Shown here piece by piece: positions 1 through 9,879 of a stretch of 64,000 nucleotides of DNA. The notes beneath the pieces are model-generated. The model was given only the letters and a program-made list of their open reading frames with translations, was not told the origin of the DNA and did no database searches. The stretch comes from a virus. The translations under genes and the position numbers were made by a program. The DNA lies in IMG/VR virus record IMGVR_UViG_3300032331_001766, positions 49,081 to 113,080 of that record; one strand, given 5' to 3'. The first letter of the stretch is position 1. Every line of letters begins with the position of its first letter.

Positions 1-357
1 TGCTCTATAGTTGCACACAATGTAATTTCTATAGGTGAGCAATATTCCTTAGATTCTGGAATAGACCTCGGATATCTACCAGTATATTTTGGCATTAATA
101 AATATAATGTTGGTGTTCACATGGGCGCACACGTAGATGCATATGATGGGGCTCAAGATGAATCTACTGTTTCTATGGTTATGTATTTAAATGATGACTA
201 CGAAGGCGGAGAGATAGAGTTTCCAGAGCATGGGATATCAATTAAACCAGAAGCTGGAAGCGTAGTCGTATTTGCCTCAAAGGGCGTTTTACATGATCCA
301 AAACCTACAATATCTGGAACTAAGTATATGATCCCCATATTCTTTTTCAAAAGATAG
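1..357 (+). CDS. 2OG-Fe(II) oxygenase, prolyl-4-hydroxylase-like (5' partial)
   Basis: Frame is open from base 1. HxD motif (HVD), YLNDDYEGGEIEF, KPEAGSVVVF and distal His (VLHDP). Confidence 0.85.
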   Translation, partial: CSIVAHNVISIGEQYSLDSGIDLGYLPVYFGINKYNVGVHMGAHVDAYDGAQDESTVSMVMYLNDDYEGGEIEFPEHGISIKPEAGSVVVFASKGVLHDPKPTISGTKYMIPIFFFKR

Positions 358-378
358 ATATTAGTATATAATAAAAGA

Positions 379-2118
379 ATGTCATACCAACTTAAAGTAA
401 TCAAGGATCAACCAGTAGGGTTTTGGGCCTTAGATGAAACTTCTGGAACTTCAGCTACAGACTCATCTGGTTGCGGAAATTCTGGCACATATACTGGTGG
501 AATTACAAATGGTCTTATGCCATTAATTCCAGGCGGACTTCAGGGTTCTTTAATTACTAGTTCAAAATCTATTTCGTTTCCAATAGTAAATAACTATTAC
601 GGAAGTTCTGGATATAAAAGCTTGGCAGATGTAAATTCATTAGATAACGATTGTTCTTTTGAAGTATGGTTTTACCCAAAATTTGCAACAACAAACGAGA
701 CTGTCATATTTGGTAACTCAACAAATCTAGTTGGTTTATTTTATGATTCTGGAGATATTGTATTTAAATTTGCTCAATATACTGCTAGATATACTTTACA
801 ACATATTTCAAAATCTCATCATATTGTTGGAACTTATTCACCTTCAGAAATTAAGCTATATATTGATGGTGAGATTAAAGCTACAACATCTATTACAGAC
901 CTTCCAAGCCTTTCTCAGACTGGTTTAACACTTAACGCTGGTCCAACCATAAGTGCATCAGATTCTTTTGTCATAGACGCCCCTGCGGTTTATAGACATG
1001 CATTACCTATATCAAAAATAATTAATCATTATTCTGAAATTCAGCCAATACCAGCACATCAAGTTGCATTTCCAGATAGCGGAAGAATATTTGAAATTCA
1101 AGATGATAATATATCTACAGCATATTCATATTCATATCCAGGAAACAAGCCATTAAATTATTTAATAACGGATGGACTTTACTATAATACAGAAGAACAA
1201 TATATCTCTCTTGTTAAATCAGATTTAGGTGGGGCATCGTCAATAGAAATTCTTGATTTTATTTCTATCCCTTCAGGAATTGAAGCTAACTCTTCTAAAA
1301 TTGAATGGAACGGATCAAATGGAATTGCAGTTTCAATAAATGATCAGCTATGCGTAAATGGCGGGGAGATTCCAAACTACTCAAAAAATAGCTTTTCTTC
1401 AGAAACTGGAATGAACATTAAGATAACAATATCTTCTTCCGATGTAAGCAAATATATTCCTAGACTATATGGACTTTCAATTACTCTGTACAAGGATCAG
1501 ACGGTCTTTGCTTCAAATTCTGCAGACTACATAAATCATTTAAGCACTGAGTCATTTACTCTAGGCAGTAAAAAATATCCAATACTGTCAAGGGATAGCC
1601 GAAATGGGGTTAAGACATTTAGTAGCTCTGGATTTAATTTAAATACAGAAGAACTGATTAGCACGGTAGAATTTTTCTACACCCCCTCAGCTTTGTCTAA
1701 CAGTGGACTGGTATCTTCAATTTCTGGAACAGGGGCTGCTTCAAATTACTCATGGATTACCGCTGGTACCGTAAGCAAGACTAACGTTGCTGGTATATAT
1801 GTAAATGGTGTAAATAAGACATCTCAGACATTAATATCAAACCTGTTCTCTGCGGGAGAGATTTACCATGTTGTAATTGTATACACTAGCCCTATATCTG
1901 GAGCATTAAAATTTAATTCATCGGCAGCTGGCTCAGTTTCTTCCACATATCAAAATATTGCCCTGTACCAGACGGCATTTGATGCCACAAAAGTATCTCA
2001 GCATTATTCTTTATACACACAGAGATCCATATCTTTGGCTGACGATTCGTCAATTACGATGACAGAAAACGGAACCTTTGTATATAACAATGACTGGCTT
2101 GTAATACAAAACATATAA
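379..2118 (+). CDS. LamG/concanavalin A-like domain protein, probable virion protein
   Basis: N-terminal PVGFWALDETSGT, SFEVWF, HHIVGTY, LYIDG and IDAPAVY motifs typical of LamG-like jellyrolls; Ser/Thr-rich. Confidence 0.7.
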   Translation: MSYQLKVIKDQPVGFWALDETSGTSATDSSGCGNSGTYTGGITNGLMPLIPGGLQGSLITSSKSISFPIVNNYYGSSGYKSLADVNSLDNDCSFEVWFYPKFATTNETVIFGNSTNLVGLFYDSGDIVFKFAQYTARYTLQHISKSHHIVGTYSPSEIKLYIDGEIKATTSITDLPSLSQTGLTLNAGPTISASDSFVIDAPAVYRHALPISKIINHYSEIQPIPAHQVAFPDSGRIFEIQDDNISTAYSYSYPGNKPLNYLITDGLYYNTEEQYISLVKSDLGGASSIEILDFISIPSGIEANSSKIEWNGSNGIAVSINDQLCVNGGEIPNYSKNSFSSETGMNIKITISSSDVSKYIPRLYGLSITLYKDQTVFASNSADYINHLSTESFTLGSKKYPILSRDSRNGVKTFSSSGFNLNTEELISTVEFFYTPSALSNSGLVSSISGTGAASNYSWITAGTVSKTNVAGIYVNGVNKTSQTLISNLFSAGEIYHVVIVYTSPISGALKFNSSAAGSVSSTYQNIALYQTAFDATKVSQHYSLYTQRSISLADDSSITMTENGTFVYNNDWLVIQNI

Positions 2119-2180
2119 TTTTGTCATAAGGCATGACAAAAACTAGACTTATATCCAGGATAATGGTAAAATAAAACACT

Positions 2181-2525
2181 ATGGACTTCAATAAGATAAA
2201 CACAAAGGTTTTAGACGAAGAGTCAACGCTGGGCATTTATGTCTGGGAAATGCCAGACGGCAGATGGATTGGCGATGACGACGGCAATTATCTATCTATT
2301 ACATCTAAAAAGAATAATAGATCACGCATGGATGCCTTGGCTAGAGAAGTAAGATCTTATGGAATTCATGAAGGGCAGCCGCTTTTTCTTTCAGCAAGAA
2401 GAAAAATTGATGATGAAGAATTTCTTTATCAGAGCCAAAGACTTAACCTGGGCTTAGTTCCAGACCCACTCGATATTGGAAATTATAAAGATGAAATGAA
2501 AAAGTTAGGTAATCTAAGGGGTTAA
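2181..2525 (+). CDS. Hypothetical protein immediately upstream of portal
   Basis: 114-aa ORF with its own promoter, ending 1 nt before the portal start. Confidence 0.7.
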   Translation: MDFNKINTKVLDEESTLGIYVWEMPDGRWIGDDDGNYLSITSKKNNRSRMDALAREVRSYGIHEGQPLFLSARRKIDDEEFLYQSQRLNLGLVPDPLDIGNYKDEMKKLGNLRG

Positions 2526-2526
2526 A

Positions 2527-4107
2527 ATGGAATTCATGCATGAAGAAGACTCACAAAATATTATTGATATTTCTAATACTGCAGACTGGTTTTCTTTTAA
2601 AAAAGAAATAACAACAAGCAACGACCCATTTGCTATAGACGTTGAAGAATTAAAAAAGTTTAAAGGTCTAAGCCCAGCATTTCGTAGAAAAATGAATCGT
2701 GATTTTTCAAAGTCATTTTCTGGAATTGATGGAGTTACAACACAACAGAATTTATTGGCTCAAGCAATTACTGGCTACGCAATGTTCGATCTTATCGAGC
2801 CACCATATAACCTAGAATACCTTTCAAAAATTTATGAAGTTTCAACATATAACTATGCTGCAATTAATGCAAAGGTCTCTAACATTGTTGGTTTAGGATA
2901 CGACTTTATTGAAACAAAAAAAACCAATGATGCGTTTGATGCAATAGAAGATGAAAAAGTTTTGGCTAGAGCACGTAAGAAGCTTGGTAAGCTTAGACAA
3001 GATATGCAAGAGTGGTTAGATACAACAAACGATGAAGATACATTTACTCAAACTTTAATTAAGGTCTATACAGATTTAGAAGCTACTGGAAATGGGTTCC
3101 TAGAAATTGGTAGAACGACATCAGGCAATATTGGTTACATTGGGCATATTCCAGCAAAGACAATGAGAATAAGAAGATTGCGTGATGGCTTTATTCAATT
3201 ACTTTATGGCAAGGCTGTGTATTTCCGCAACTTTGGAGACTCAGAAACATTGAGTCCAATTACTTCACAAGAAGAAAGACCTAATGAAGTTATTCATTTT
3301 AAAAAGTATACTCCTATGAATAACTACTATGGAATTCCAGACATCATTGCCGCACAGACAGCGTTGGCTGGTAACGAATTTTCTGGTAGATATAACCTAG
3401 ACTACTTTGAAAATAAAGCGGTCCCAAGATATATTATTACAGTAAAGGGAGCAAAGCTTTCACCAGAATCAGAAAGAAAACTTCTTGAGTTTTTTCAGGT
3501 TGGATTAAAGGGCAAAAATCACAGATCTCTTTACGTTCCGCTACCAGCAGATACCCCAGACTCTAAAGTTGAATTTAAAATGGAGCCAATTGAAGCTGGC
3601 AATCAGGAAGGCTCATTTGAGAAGTATCGCAAATCAAATAGAGACGAAATCCTATTAGCTCACCGTGTGCCAATTAATAAAATTGGAACCCCAGAAGGAC
3701 TAAGCCTGGCAAATGCTCGTGATGCAGATAAAACATTTAAAGAGCAAGTATGCCGACCAGCCCAAATGATTCTAGAAAAGAAATTAAATAGAATATTTGA
3801 AGAAAAAACAGATGCCCTTCTACTTAAATTTAATGAATTAACATTGACTGATGCAGATACTCAGTCTAAAATTGATGAGCGTTATTTAAGAATGCAGGTA
3901 ATTGTTCCTAATGAAGTTAGAATTAGAAATGGCTGGATCCCACTTGATGGCGGAGATAAAGTCATAGAATTAAAGCCTCAACAAGCAGCAGAACAATCAG
4001 CCCAGGCAGGCAAGACAAGAGCACGGGATGGTGAAAGAGCTGCAAATTCACCAGATAAATCTGGAGAAGGAAGAAATGCAAAAGGCGACGGGAGCAAGGT
4101 AGAGTAA
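2527..4107 (+). CDS. Portal protein
   Basis: DLEATGNGFLEI, NEVIHFK, YYGIPDI, YFENKAVP, ILLAHRVP and PNEVR motifs of HK97/PBSX-family portals; lies upstream of protease and capsid. Confidence 0.93.
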   Translation: MEFMHEEDSQNIIDISNTADWFSFKKEITTSNDPFAIDVEELKKFKGLSPAFRRKMNRDFSKSFSGIDGVTTQQNLLAQAITGYAMFDLIEPPYNLEYLSKIYEVSTYNYAAINAKVSNIVGLGYDFIETKKTNDAFDAIEDEKVLARARKKLGKLRQDMQEWLDTTNDEDTFTQTLIKVYTDLEATGNGFLEIGRTTSGNIGYIGHIPAKTMRIRRLRDGFIQLLYGKAVYFRNFGDSETLSPITSQEERPNEVIHFKKYTPMNNYYGIPDIIAAQTALAGNEFSGRYNLDYFENKAVPRYIITVKGAKLSPESERKLLEFFQVGLKGKNHRSLYVPLPADTPDSKVEFKMEPIEAGNQEGSFEKYRKSNRDEILLAHRVPINKIGTPEGLSLANARDADKTFKEQVCRPAQMILEKKLNRIFEEKTDALLLKFNELTLTDADTQSKIDERYLRMQVIVPNEVRIRNGWIPLDGGDKVIELKPQQAAEQSAQAGKTRARDGERAANSPDKSGEGRNAKGDGSKVE

Positions 4108-4162
4108 TTATTACTCAACCACTTATTTGCCTTTTGATGTATACGAGTATAAAATTAAGCAT

Positions 4163-5482
4163 ATGAATATTGAAAAATCACAATGGTCCAGTAATGGAGA
4201 TAACTTACATTTATCTATTCCATTTACTAAGGTTAACCGTGAAAAAAGAACAGTATCAGGCTTTGCTACGCTAGACAATGTTGACCAGACAGGCGATGTT
4301 GTAACAGCAGAGGCAAGCACAAAAGCATTTGAAGGTTTCCGTGGGAACATTCGTGAAATGCACGGATCGCTTGCAGTTGGTAAAATGTTATCATTTAAGC
4401 CAGAGACATACTATGATCCAATTTCAAAGAATTTTTATAATGGAATTTATGTAACAACATATATTTCAAAGGGTGCACAAGATACATGGGAAAAAGTTCT
4501 AGACGGAACTCTTTCAGGATTTTCAATTGGCGGAAAGATTACAGAGTCAGATAACGAAGTCAATAAAGCAAATGGAGAAACTGTTCGTTTTATTAAAGGC
4601 TATAGCCTAATTGAGTTATCAATTGTAGACTCACCAGCAAATGAATTATGTAATATTATTTCATTTGAAAAGGTAAATGGCCAGATGATTGCCAAAGGTA
4701 TTGCAACTGAAGTTGTAACAGAAAACATCTTTTATTGCGAAGAAAGCGACTCAGTTTTTGTATCAACAGAAAAAACATTTGATTCACCAGTTTCTGGTAA
4801 GCCAGCAACATTAATCGGTTGGGTTGAAAGTTCAGATACAAATAAGTCAAAAGAAATAGATAAGATTCTTGCTTCATTTAAGAAGTCAAGATTGTCGTTG
4901 CCTGATACACAAACAATTGCAAAACAGGCAAACGCAGAAGGAGGTAATGAAGTGTCAGAAAATACAGAAAACGTAGTAGTTGAAGAAACTACAGCCGTTG
5001 AAGAGACTCCAGTTGTTGCAGAAGAAGCAGCACCAGTTGTCGAAGAAGCTCCTGCAGAAGAAGCAGCAGCAGACGCTCCTGCCGAAACTCTGGAAAAAGC
5101 AGCCGACGTATCAGAAGTTATGGTTGATGAACCTGATTTTGCAAAAATGTTAGGCGATCTAAAAAACTTTTTCTCAGAAACTCTAGAAAAGTCAAACAGC
5201 ACAAGCTCTGCTGAATTTACAACAGTTAAAGAAACTGTTGAATCATTTAGCAAGTCTGTTGAAGTAAAGCTTTCAGAGCAGGCAGAAGTAAACAGCGCAT
5301 TAGCAAAAGCTATTGAAGAAATCAAGAACACGATTGATGGCGTACAAAAGCGTGTCGATGCAGTAGAATCAGAGACTGCAGTAAAGAAGTCCTCAGATCT
5401 TGGCGGATCTCAGGAAGTAACAATCAAAAAATCCAAATGGAACGGTTCTTTCCTCGGTTCCGTGAACGAAATATTTAACTAA
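4163..5482 (+). CDS. Prohead protease-scaffold fusion
   Basis: RTVSGFAT...VDQTGDVV, IREMH, GTLSGFSIGG and ELSIVDSPAN (HK97-type protease), followed by an acidic Ala/Glu/Pro-rich and coiled-coil C-terminus. ATG 4163 chosen because it follows a -35/-10 promoter. Confidence 0.9.
   Translation: MNIEKSQWSSNGDNLHLSIPFTKVNREKRTVSGFATLDNVDQTGDVVTAEASTKAFEGFRGNIREMHGSLAVGKMLSFKPETYYDPISKNFYNGIYVTTYISKGAQDTWEKVLDGTLSGFSIGGKITESDNEVNKANGETVRFIKGYSLIELSIVDSPANELCNIISFEKVNGQMIAKGIATEVVTENIFYCEESDSVFVSTEKTFDSPVSGKPATLIGWVESSDTNKSKEIDKILASFKKSRLSLPDTQTIAKQANAEGGNEVSENTENVVVEETTAVEETPVVAEEAAPVVEEAPAEEAAADAPAETLEKAADVSEVMVDEPDFAKMLGDLKNFFSETLEKSNSTSSAEFTTVKETVESFSKSVEVKLSEQAEVNSALAKAIEEIKNTIDGVQKRVDAVESETAVKKSSDLGGSQEVTIKKSKWNGSFLGSVNEIFN
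4952..5482 (+). CDS. Putative nested in-frame scaffolding protein (internal GTG start)
   Basis: AAGGAGGT (4938-4945) lies 6 nt before an in-frame GTG at the start of the acidic region. Confidence 0.6.
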   Translation: MSENTENVVVEETTAVEETPVVAEEAAPVVEEAPAEEAAADAPAETLEKAADVSEVMVDEPDFAKMLGDLKNFFSETLEKSNSTSSAEFTTVKETVESFSKSVEVKLSEQAEVNSALAKAIEEIKNTIDGVQKRVDAVESETAVKKSSDLGGSQEVTIKKSKWNGSFLGSVNEIFN

Positions 5483-5496
5483 GGTAGGTATAAAAA

Positions 5497-6543
5497 ATGA
5501 GCAATGATTTATTAAAAGATATTGCATCTGGTACAACAGCAACAGGTACATTTGCTTCCACTACAGGTGGAACAGGTACTCACGTCGCTTCCGAAAATGG
5601 AAACGGTGGTTTGTTAAACCCAGAGCAATCAGCTCGCTTTCTAGACTACATGTTCGATTCAACCGTAATTGGTAAGGTCGCACGTACAGTCCGCATGAAG
5701 GCAGACACAACCGAGATTGATCGTATTGGTGTTGGCGAGAAGCTTATGAAGCTCGCTACAGAAGGAGATAACACAGCTACAAATGCTGCAGTTACTTTCT
5801 CAAAGATTTCTCTCACAACTAAGAAGCTTCGCTTAGATTGGGAACTTTCAACTGAGTCTCTAGAAGACAACATTGAAGGTCCAGATCTAGAAGATCACAT
5901 CGCAAGAATGCTTGCAACACAAGCAGGAAACGATATCGAAGATGTTATCCTTAACGGTAACACAGCATTAACAGGAGATGCACTTTACAAGGCATTTAAC
6001 GGTGTAGTAAAGAAGGCTAAGACCTATGGTCGTGTAGTCGATGCAGCTGGAGCTGGCATTTCACGTGCCACATTCAACTCAGCACTTAAGGCACTCCCAC
6101 GTAAGTACAAGCAACGTCGTACAGACCTTCGCTTCCTTGCTGGATCAAACTTGATCCAGGATTACTTATACAACACATCACAGAACATTCAGAACGTTAA
6201 CCCACAGGACATTGCTTCAGGCATCATCCGTGGAGATGTTCCAGTTCTTGGTGGACCAGCAGGATATGTAGCTCCATACGCATTTGGTATTCCAATCGTT
6301 GAAGTTCCACTTCTTCCAGAAACACAGACTGGTGACTACTCAGCAGCAGCAGGATCACACGGTGACGTGCACTTAACATTCCCAAATAACGTTGTTATTG
6401 GTGTTAAGCGTGACGTAACTGTTTACCGATTCTTCTGGCCACGTAAGGACTCAATTGAGTACACAATGTATACTCGTGTTGGCGTCCAGATCGAACAAGC
6501 AGATGCTTGGGTCGTAGTAAAGAACGTTAAGGTTGCTTCTTAA
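5497..6543 (+). CDS. Major capsid protein (HK97 fold)
   Basis: GGLLNPEQSARF, LSTESLEDNIEG, EDVILNG and GIPIVEVP; follows the protease; codon usage typical of a highly expressed gene; followed by a terminator. Confidence 0.93.
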   Translation: MSNDLLKDIASGTTATGTFASTTGGTGTHVASENGNGGLLNPEQSARFLDYMFDSTVIGKVARTVRMKADTTEIDRIGVGEKLMKLATEGDNTATNAAVTFSKISLTTKKLRLDWELSTESLEDNIEGPDLEDHIARMLATQAGNDIEDVILNGNTALTGDALYKAFNGVVKKAKTYGRVVDAAGAGISRATFNSALKALPRKYKQRRTDLRFLAGSNLIQDYLYNTSQNIQNVNPQDIASGIIRGDVPVLGGPAGYVAPYAFGIPIVEVPLLPETQTGDYSAAAGSHGDVHLTFPNNVVIGVKRDVTVYRFFWPRKDSIEYTMYTRVGVQIEQADAWVVVKNVKVAS

Positions 6544-6564
6544 TTAATTTAAGAATTAATCACG

Positions 6565-6600
6565 GAAAGGCCCCCAATTAATTTTGGGGGCTTTTCATTT
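6565..6600 (+). terminator. Rho-independent terminator after capsid gene
   Basis: GAAAGGCCCCCAA-loop-TTGGGGGCTTTTC followed by ATTT. Confidence 0.85.
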
Positions 6601-6646
6601 AAATTCATCAATGCTATAATTAAATACCTAGAAAAAGGAGTAATAT

Positions 6647-7054
6647 ATGTCATTCGAGACATTAAAAGTTGCAGAACTAAGAAAGATCGCAGAAGATTTT
6701 GCGGTTGAAACAGAAGGTCTAAAAAACAAGGCGGATATTATTGCTGCCCTATCAGAAGAAGGCGTAACATATGCAGTCTATGCCAAAACTATAGAAAAGC
6801 TTGAAGAAGCAGAAGAAGAAGAAGAAGAAGCAGAAGAAATTCTTCCAAGATTTGATCCTAAGAAATCACAATCTAAGGATGATGTGCTAGTTAGAATGAC
6901 TAGAGCAAATTTTCGTTACGATATCATAGGATATACCTTTACAAAGGAGCATCCATTTATTGCAATGAAAGAAGAAGACGCACAAAAAATCTTTGATATG
7001 GAGGAAGGTTTCCGTTTAGCAACGCCAAGAGAAGCACAAGAGTACTACAGCTAA
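6647..7054 (+). CDS. Hypothetical protein with N-terminal Rho-N/HeH-like helical domain
   Basis: FETLKVAELRKIAEDF...GLKNKADIIAAL, then a poly-Glu linker; SD AAGGAG and TGCTATAAT promoter upstream. Confidence 0.6.
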   Translation: MSFETLKVAELRKIAEDFAVETEGLKNKADIIAALSEEGVTYAVYAKTIEKLEEAEEEEEEAEEILPRFDPKKSQSKDDVLVRMTRANFRYDIIGYTFTKEHPFIAMKEEDAQKIFDMEEGFRLATPREAQEYYS

Positions 7055-7068
7055 ACAAACCTAATTAA

Positions 7069-8052
7069 ATGGCAGAAGTTTATATTGAAAGTAATTTTCC
7101 AGTTAAAACAAAAATATTTTATGCTGGAGAAATTATTGACGCAGACGGTAGTGTTACAGCAGAAATTTATGACATTACCGAAGACCCTGCCATTGTACCC
7201 GCAATAAACCCAGGAACACTGATAACTCAATTGGTTGCGTCTAAGTCTGAATCAGACATTGGATCATATCAAATTGTTTTTCCATTTTCTCTTACAACTA
7301 GACCAAGAAAATTTAGAATTAAGTGGAGATATGCAATCAATTCAGAATTGGTAAATCATTTTACAACAGTAGATATTGTAACTCCATACATAGAGCTAGC
7401 TGATGCTATTGAAGATTTAGGATTTGGATCAGATTCGTCAGACCCAAATAACAAAACATATCATGAGTTAATTATGGCAGAAAAATGGGCTAGAAAAACA
7501 ATTGAAACTTACACTGGACAGCAATTTTATTTATACAACGATATACATGTTGTCTATGGAGATAACGCCGACTCGTTAAGATTACCTTTTAAAATTAATG
7601 AGATTCATGAACTTTATGAAAATGACATATTGCTATTAGATACTATTAATAATATTAACAATTGGAATTATGATACTCAAATATCAGAAAGCGGATTTGG
7701 AGTTAGAATAAATCGAGCAAGCATGTTAGACAATACTGTTTATACAGCAAATGGAATGGTTCCGCCAAGCATCAATGATACTTATGGTGGCGTATTTAAA
7801 AATGGTTCAGTTTATAGAATCCAAGGTGTATATGGATGGGACAGTGTTCCTGACGCAGTAAGCGAAGCATGTATATATTTAATGAAAGACTATTTTTCAA
7901 AAGATAAAACTTGGAGAGAAAAGTATATTGCTAGTTTATCTTCATTTGATTGGAATTTTAAGTACAACACAGGAGCTTTTGTAGGAACAGGTAATTTATA
8001 TGCAGATCAAATATTATTACCTTACGTCTTAACTCAAATGGTTGTAATTTAA
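7069..8052 (+). CDS. Head-to-tail adaptor
   Basis: ARKTIETYTGQQF and GVYGWDSVPDAVSEAC motifs; position after capsid. Confidence 0.7.
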   Translation: MAEVYIESNFPVKTKIFYAGEIIDADGSVTAEIYDITEDPAIVPAINPGTLITQLVASKSESDIGSYQIVFPFSLTTRPRKFRIKWRYAINSELVNHFTTVDIVTPYIELADAIEDLGFGSDSSDPNNKTYHELIMAEKWARKTIETYTGQQFYLYNDIHVVYGDNADSLRLPFKINEIHELYENDILLLDTINNINNWNYDTQISESGFGVRINRASMLDNTVYTANGMVPPSINDTYGGVFKNGSVYRIQGVYGWDSVPDAVSEACIYLMKDYFSKDKTWREKYIASLSSFDWNFKYNTGAFVGTGNLYADQILLPYVLTQMVVI

Positions 8053-8481
8053 ATGTTTGGTATAGTTGAAGCCACATTCTCAATGAGTCTTGACCTATAT
8101 AAACAGTCTGATTTACAAGATCCAAATACTGGTGCTATAAAAAAAGAATGGTCTTATGACAGCACAGTAAGTTGCTATGCCAAGGGTGTAATTAGCAATT
8201 CCTCTTCATCCAGATCTGGAGATAGACAAGCTTTTAATAATAGATATGAAAACGTACAATTTATTGATGTTCGTACAACAAATAAATTAAATACAAGATT
8301 TAAAATAACAAATATATGCGGTCCAAGTGGTAAACCAATATGGACTGAGCTAGATTACCCAACAGAAACACCAACAGTTTTTGAAGTTCTTGGATCAACA
8401 CCATTAACAGACGCCTTTGGAAATATTTTAGGATATAACTCAAGCCTAAAAAGATCGGAGAATCAGCAAATTGGACTCTAG
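8053..8481 (+). CDS. Head closure/stopper protein
   Basis: Synteny and a beta-rich 142-aa sequence (QDPNTGAIKKEW). Confidence 0.55.
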   Translation: MFGIVEATFSMSLDLYKQSDLQDPNTGAIKKEWSYDSTVSCYAKGVISNSSSSRSGDRQAFNNRYENVQFIDVRTTNKLNTRFKITNICGPSGKPIWTELDYPTETPTVFEVLGSTPLTDAFGNILGYNSSLKRSENQQIGL

Positions 8482-9259
8482 TCAATTATTAATGACAGCT
8501 GCCAGCGGACTTGAAAAGCTAATGGCTAACCCTACTAAGAATAATAAAAATTTAAGGGATAGCAGCGTGGCACAAATATCTGCTGCAATTTATTATAAGG
8601 CTAATGTTATTTCCCAATTGACTTCAAACACTGCATTTCAGAAAAAATTTAGAGAAGTAATATATGGACAAATAGAAAAAGATTTTGGAGACTATATTGA
8701 CTCTCAGGCAAGAACAAAGCCAAAAGCATTACACCATGTATATGAATGGGACAAGGCTGGTTCACCAGCAGCAAGACTATTTAAGTTAAAATCATTTGGG
8801 GATAACGCATTGTCGTTTAAAGTTGGATACGAATTTAAACTCTCTAAATCAAATGTTCCATCTCCAGCAAATTTTAAAAAATATAAGTTTGCTAATAAAG
8901 CATATGTAATGGAAAACGGCATACCCGTTACAATTGCTCCAAAGGCCGCTGAGAGACTTGTGTTTGAGGTTAATGGTTATACCGTCTTTATGCCTAAAGG
9001 TCGCTCTATTACCGTTTCAAAGCCTGGTGGAGGCGGTGCTACGCATCAGTTCAGACTTGCATACTCAAGATTCTTTAGAGGAAATTTAGCGGGAGATTCA
9101 ATTAGAAGATCTGGATTTCAACAATTATTTAATTCAAAAATGTCAAAAGCATTAAAGGTTCCAGGAGGAATATCAAGAGTTCAATATTCTTTCGCACCAA
9201 ATACAGTTAGAGCTCAAGCAAACTCAGCATTAAGTCAAGCATTTGGAGGATCACTATGA
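8471..9259 (+). CDS. Neck/tail completion protein (putative)
   Basis: Basic protein between stopper and tail terminator (FANKAYVMENG...IAPK); TTG start. Confidence 0.5.
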   Translation: MDSSQLLMTAASGLEKLMANPTKNNKNLRDSSVAQISAAIYYKANVISQLTSNTAFQKKFREVIYGQIEKDFGDYIDSQARTKPKALHHVYEWDKAGSPAARLFKLKSFGDNALSFKVGYEFKLSKSNVPSPANFKKYKFANKAYVMENGIPVTIAPKAAERLVFEVNGYTVFMPKGRSITVSKPGGGGATHQFRLAYSRFFRGNLAGDSIRRSGFQQLFNSKMSKALKVPGGISRVQYSFAPNTVRAQANSALSQAFGGSL

Positions 9260-9768
9260 CAGTAGATTATAAAGCAGATGCAATGCTAGAAGTCCGCAAA
9301 TATTTGTGGGACTCATTGGCTACAATAGGAATATTTGATGAAAATAATTATTATAGCGATAACATTGGAACTACAATAATTCCAATTATTCCAGTACAGC
9401 AACAGCCAGAACTAAATCAATTCTTAAGCGGAAAGAAGCACATAGTCTATGATAAGGTAGGAATGTCATATGAGGAGAACTGGGTCATATGCTGCGAGCA
9501 GATCTTGTTTACAATCTATTCAACAGATGTATCTGAGATAGCAGAAATTAGAAACTTTATGACAGATTTATTTAGAAGAATAGACGAGTCAGCAAGAGAT
9601 GTAAACTTGTGGGATGGAATGTCTAATAAATTCAAATTCCATAGCATCTTTATTTCTGACATATCTGCCACAACTCCATCTGAAGAACTTCAAGGCTTTC
9701 TATCAGCAGATGTCATCCTTGAAATTAAATACTCAAGATACTCTGATATACAGGGCAGATTTATCTAG
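9256..9768 (+). CDS. Tail terminator protein (putative)
   Basis: Acidic 170-aa ORF directly before the major tail gene. Confidence 0.55.
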   Translation: MTVDYKADAMLEVRKYLWDSLATIGIFDENNYYSDNIGTTIIPIIPVQQQPELNQFLSGKKHIVYDKVGMSYEENWVICCEQILFTIYSTDVSEIAEIRNFMTDLFRRIDESARDVNLWDGMSNKFKFHSIFISDISATTPSEELQGFLSADVILEIKYSRYSDIQGRFI

Positions 9769-9879
9769 TTTGCCTTAAGGCTCAAAATGGCTTATTATTA
9801 TACCAGAGGAAAGCGGCCTAGCCAGCCAAAATTTTAGAATACAACTTAATATAGATTTTTATAAACAGGAGGTTTTACA

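Noticed and set aside
4732-5331. 199-aa minus-strand ORF and the many other short antisense or alternate-frame ORFs in the track
   Set aside because: They are shadows of + strand genes with biased codons, with no RBS, promoter or recognisable motifs.
6801-6836. GAA trinucleotide run
   Set aside because: It encodes a poly-Glu linker in frame; no evidence of phase variation.
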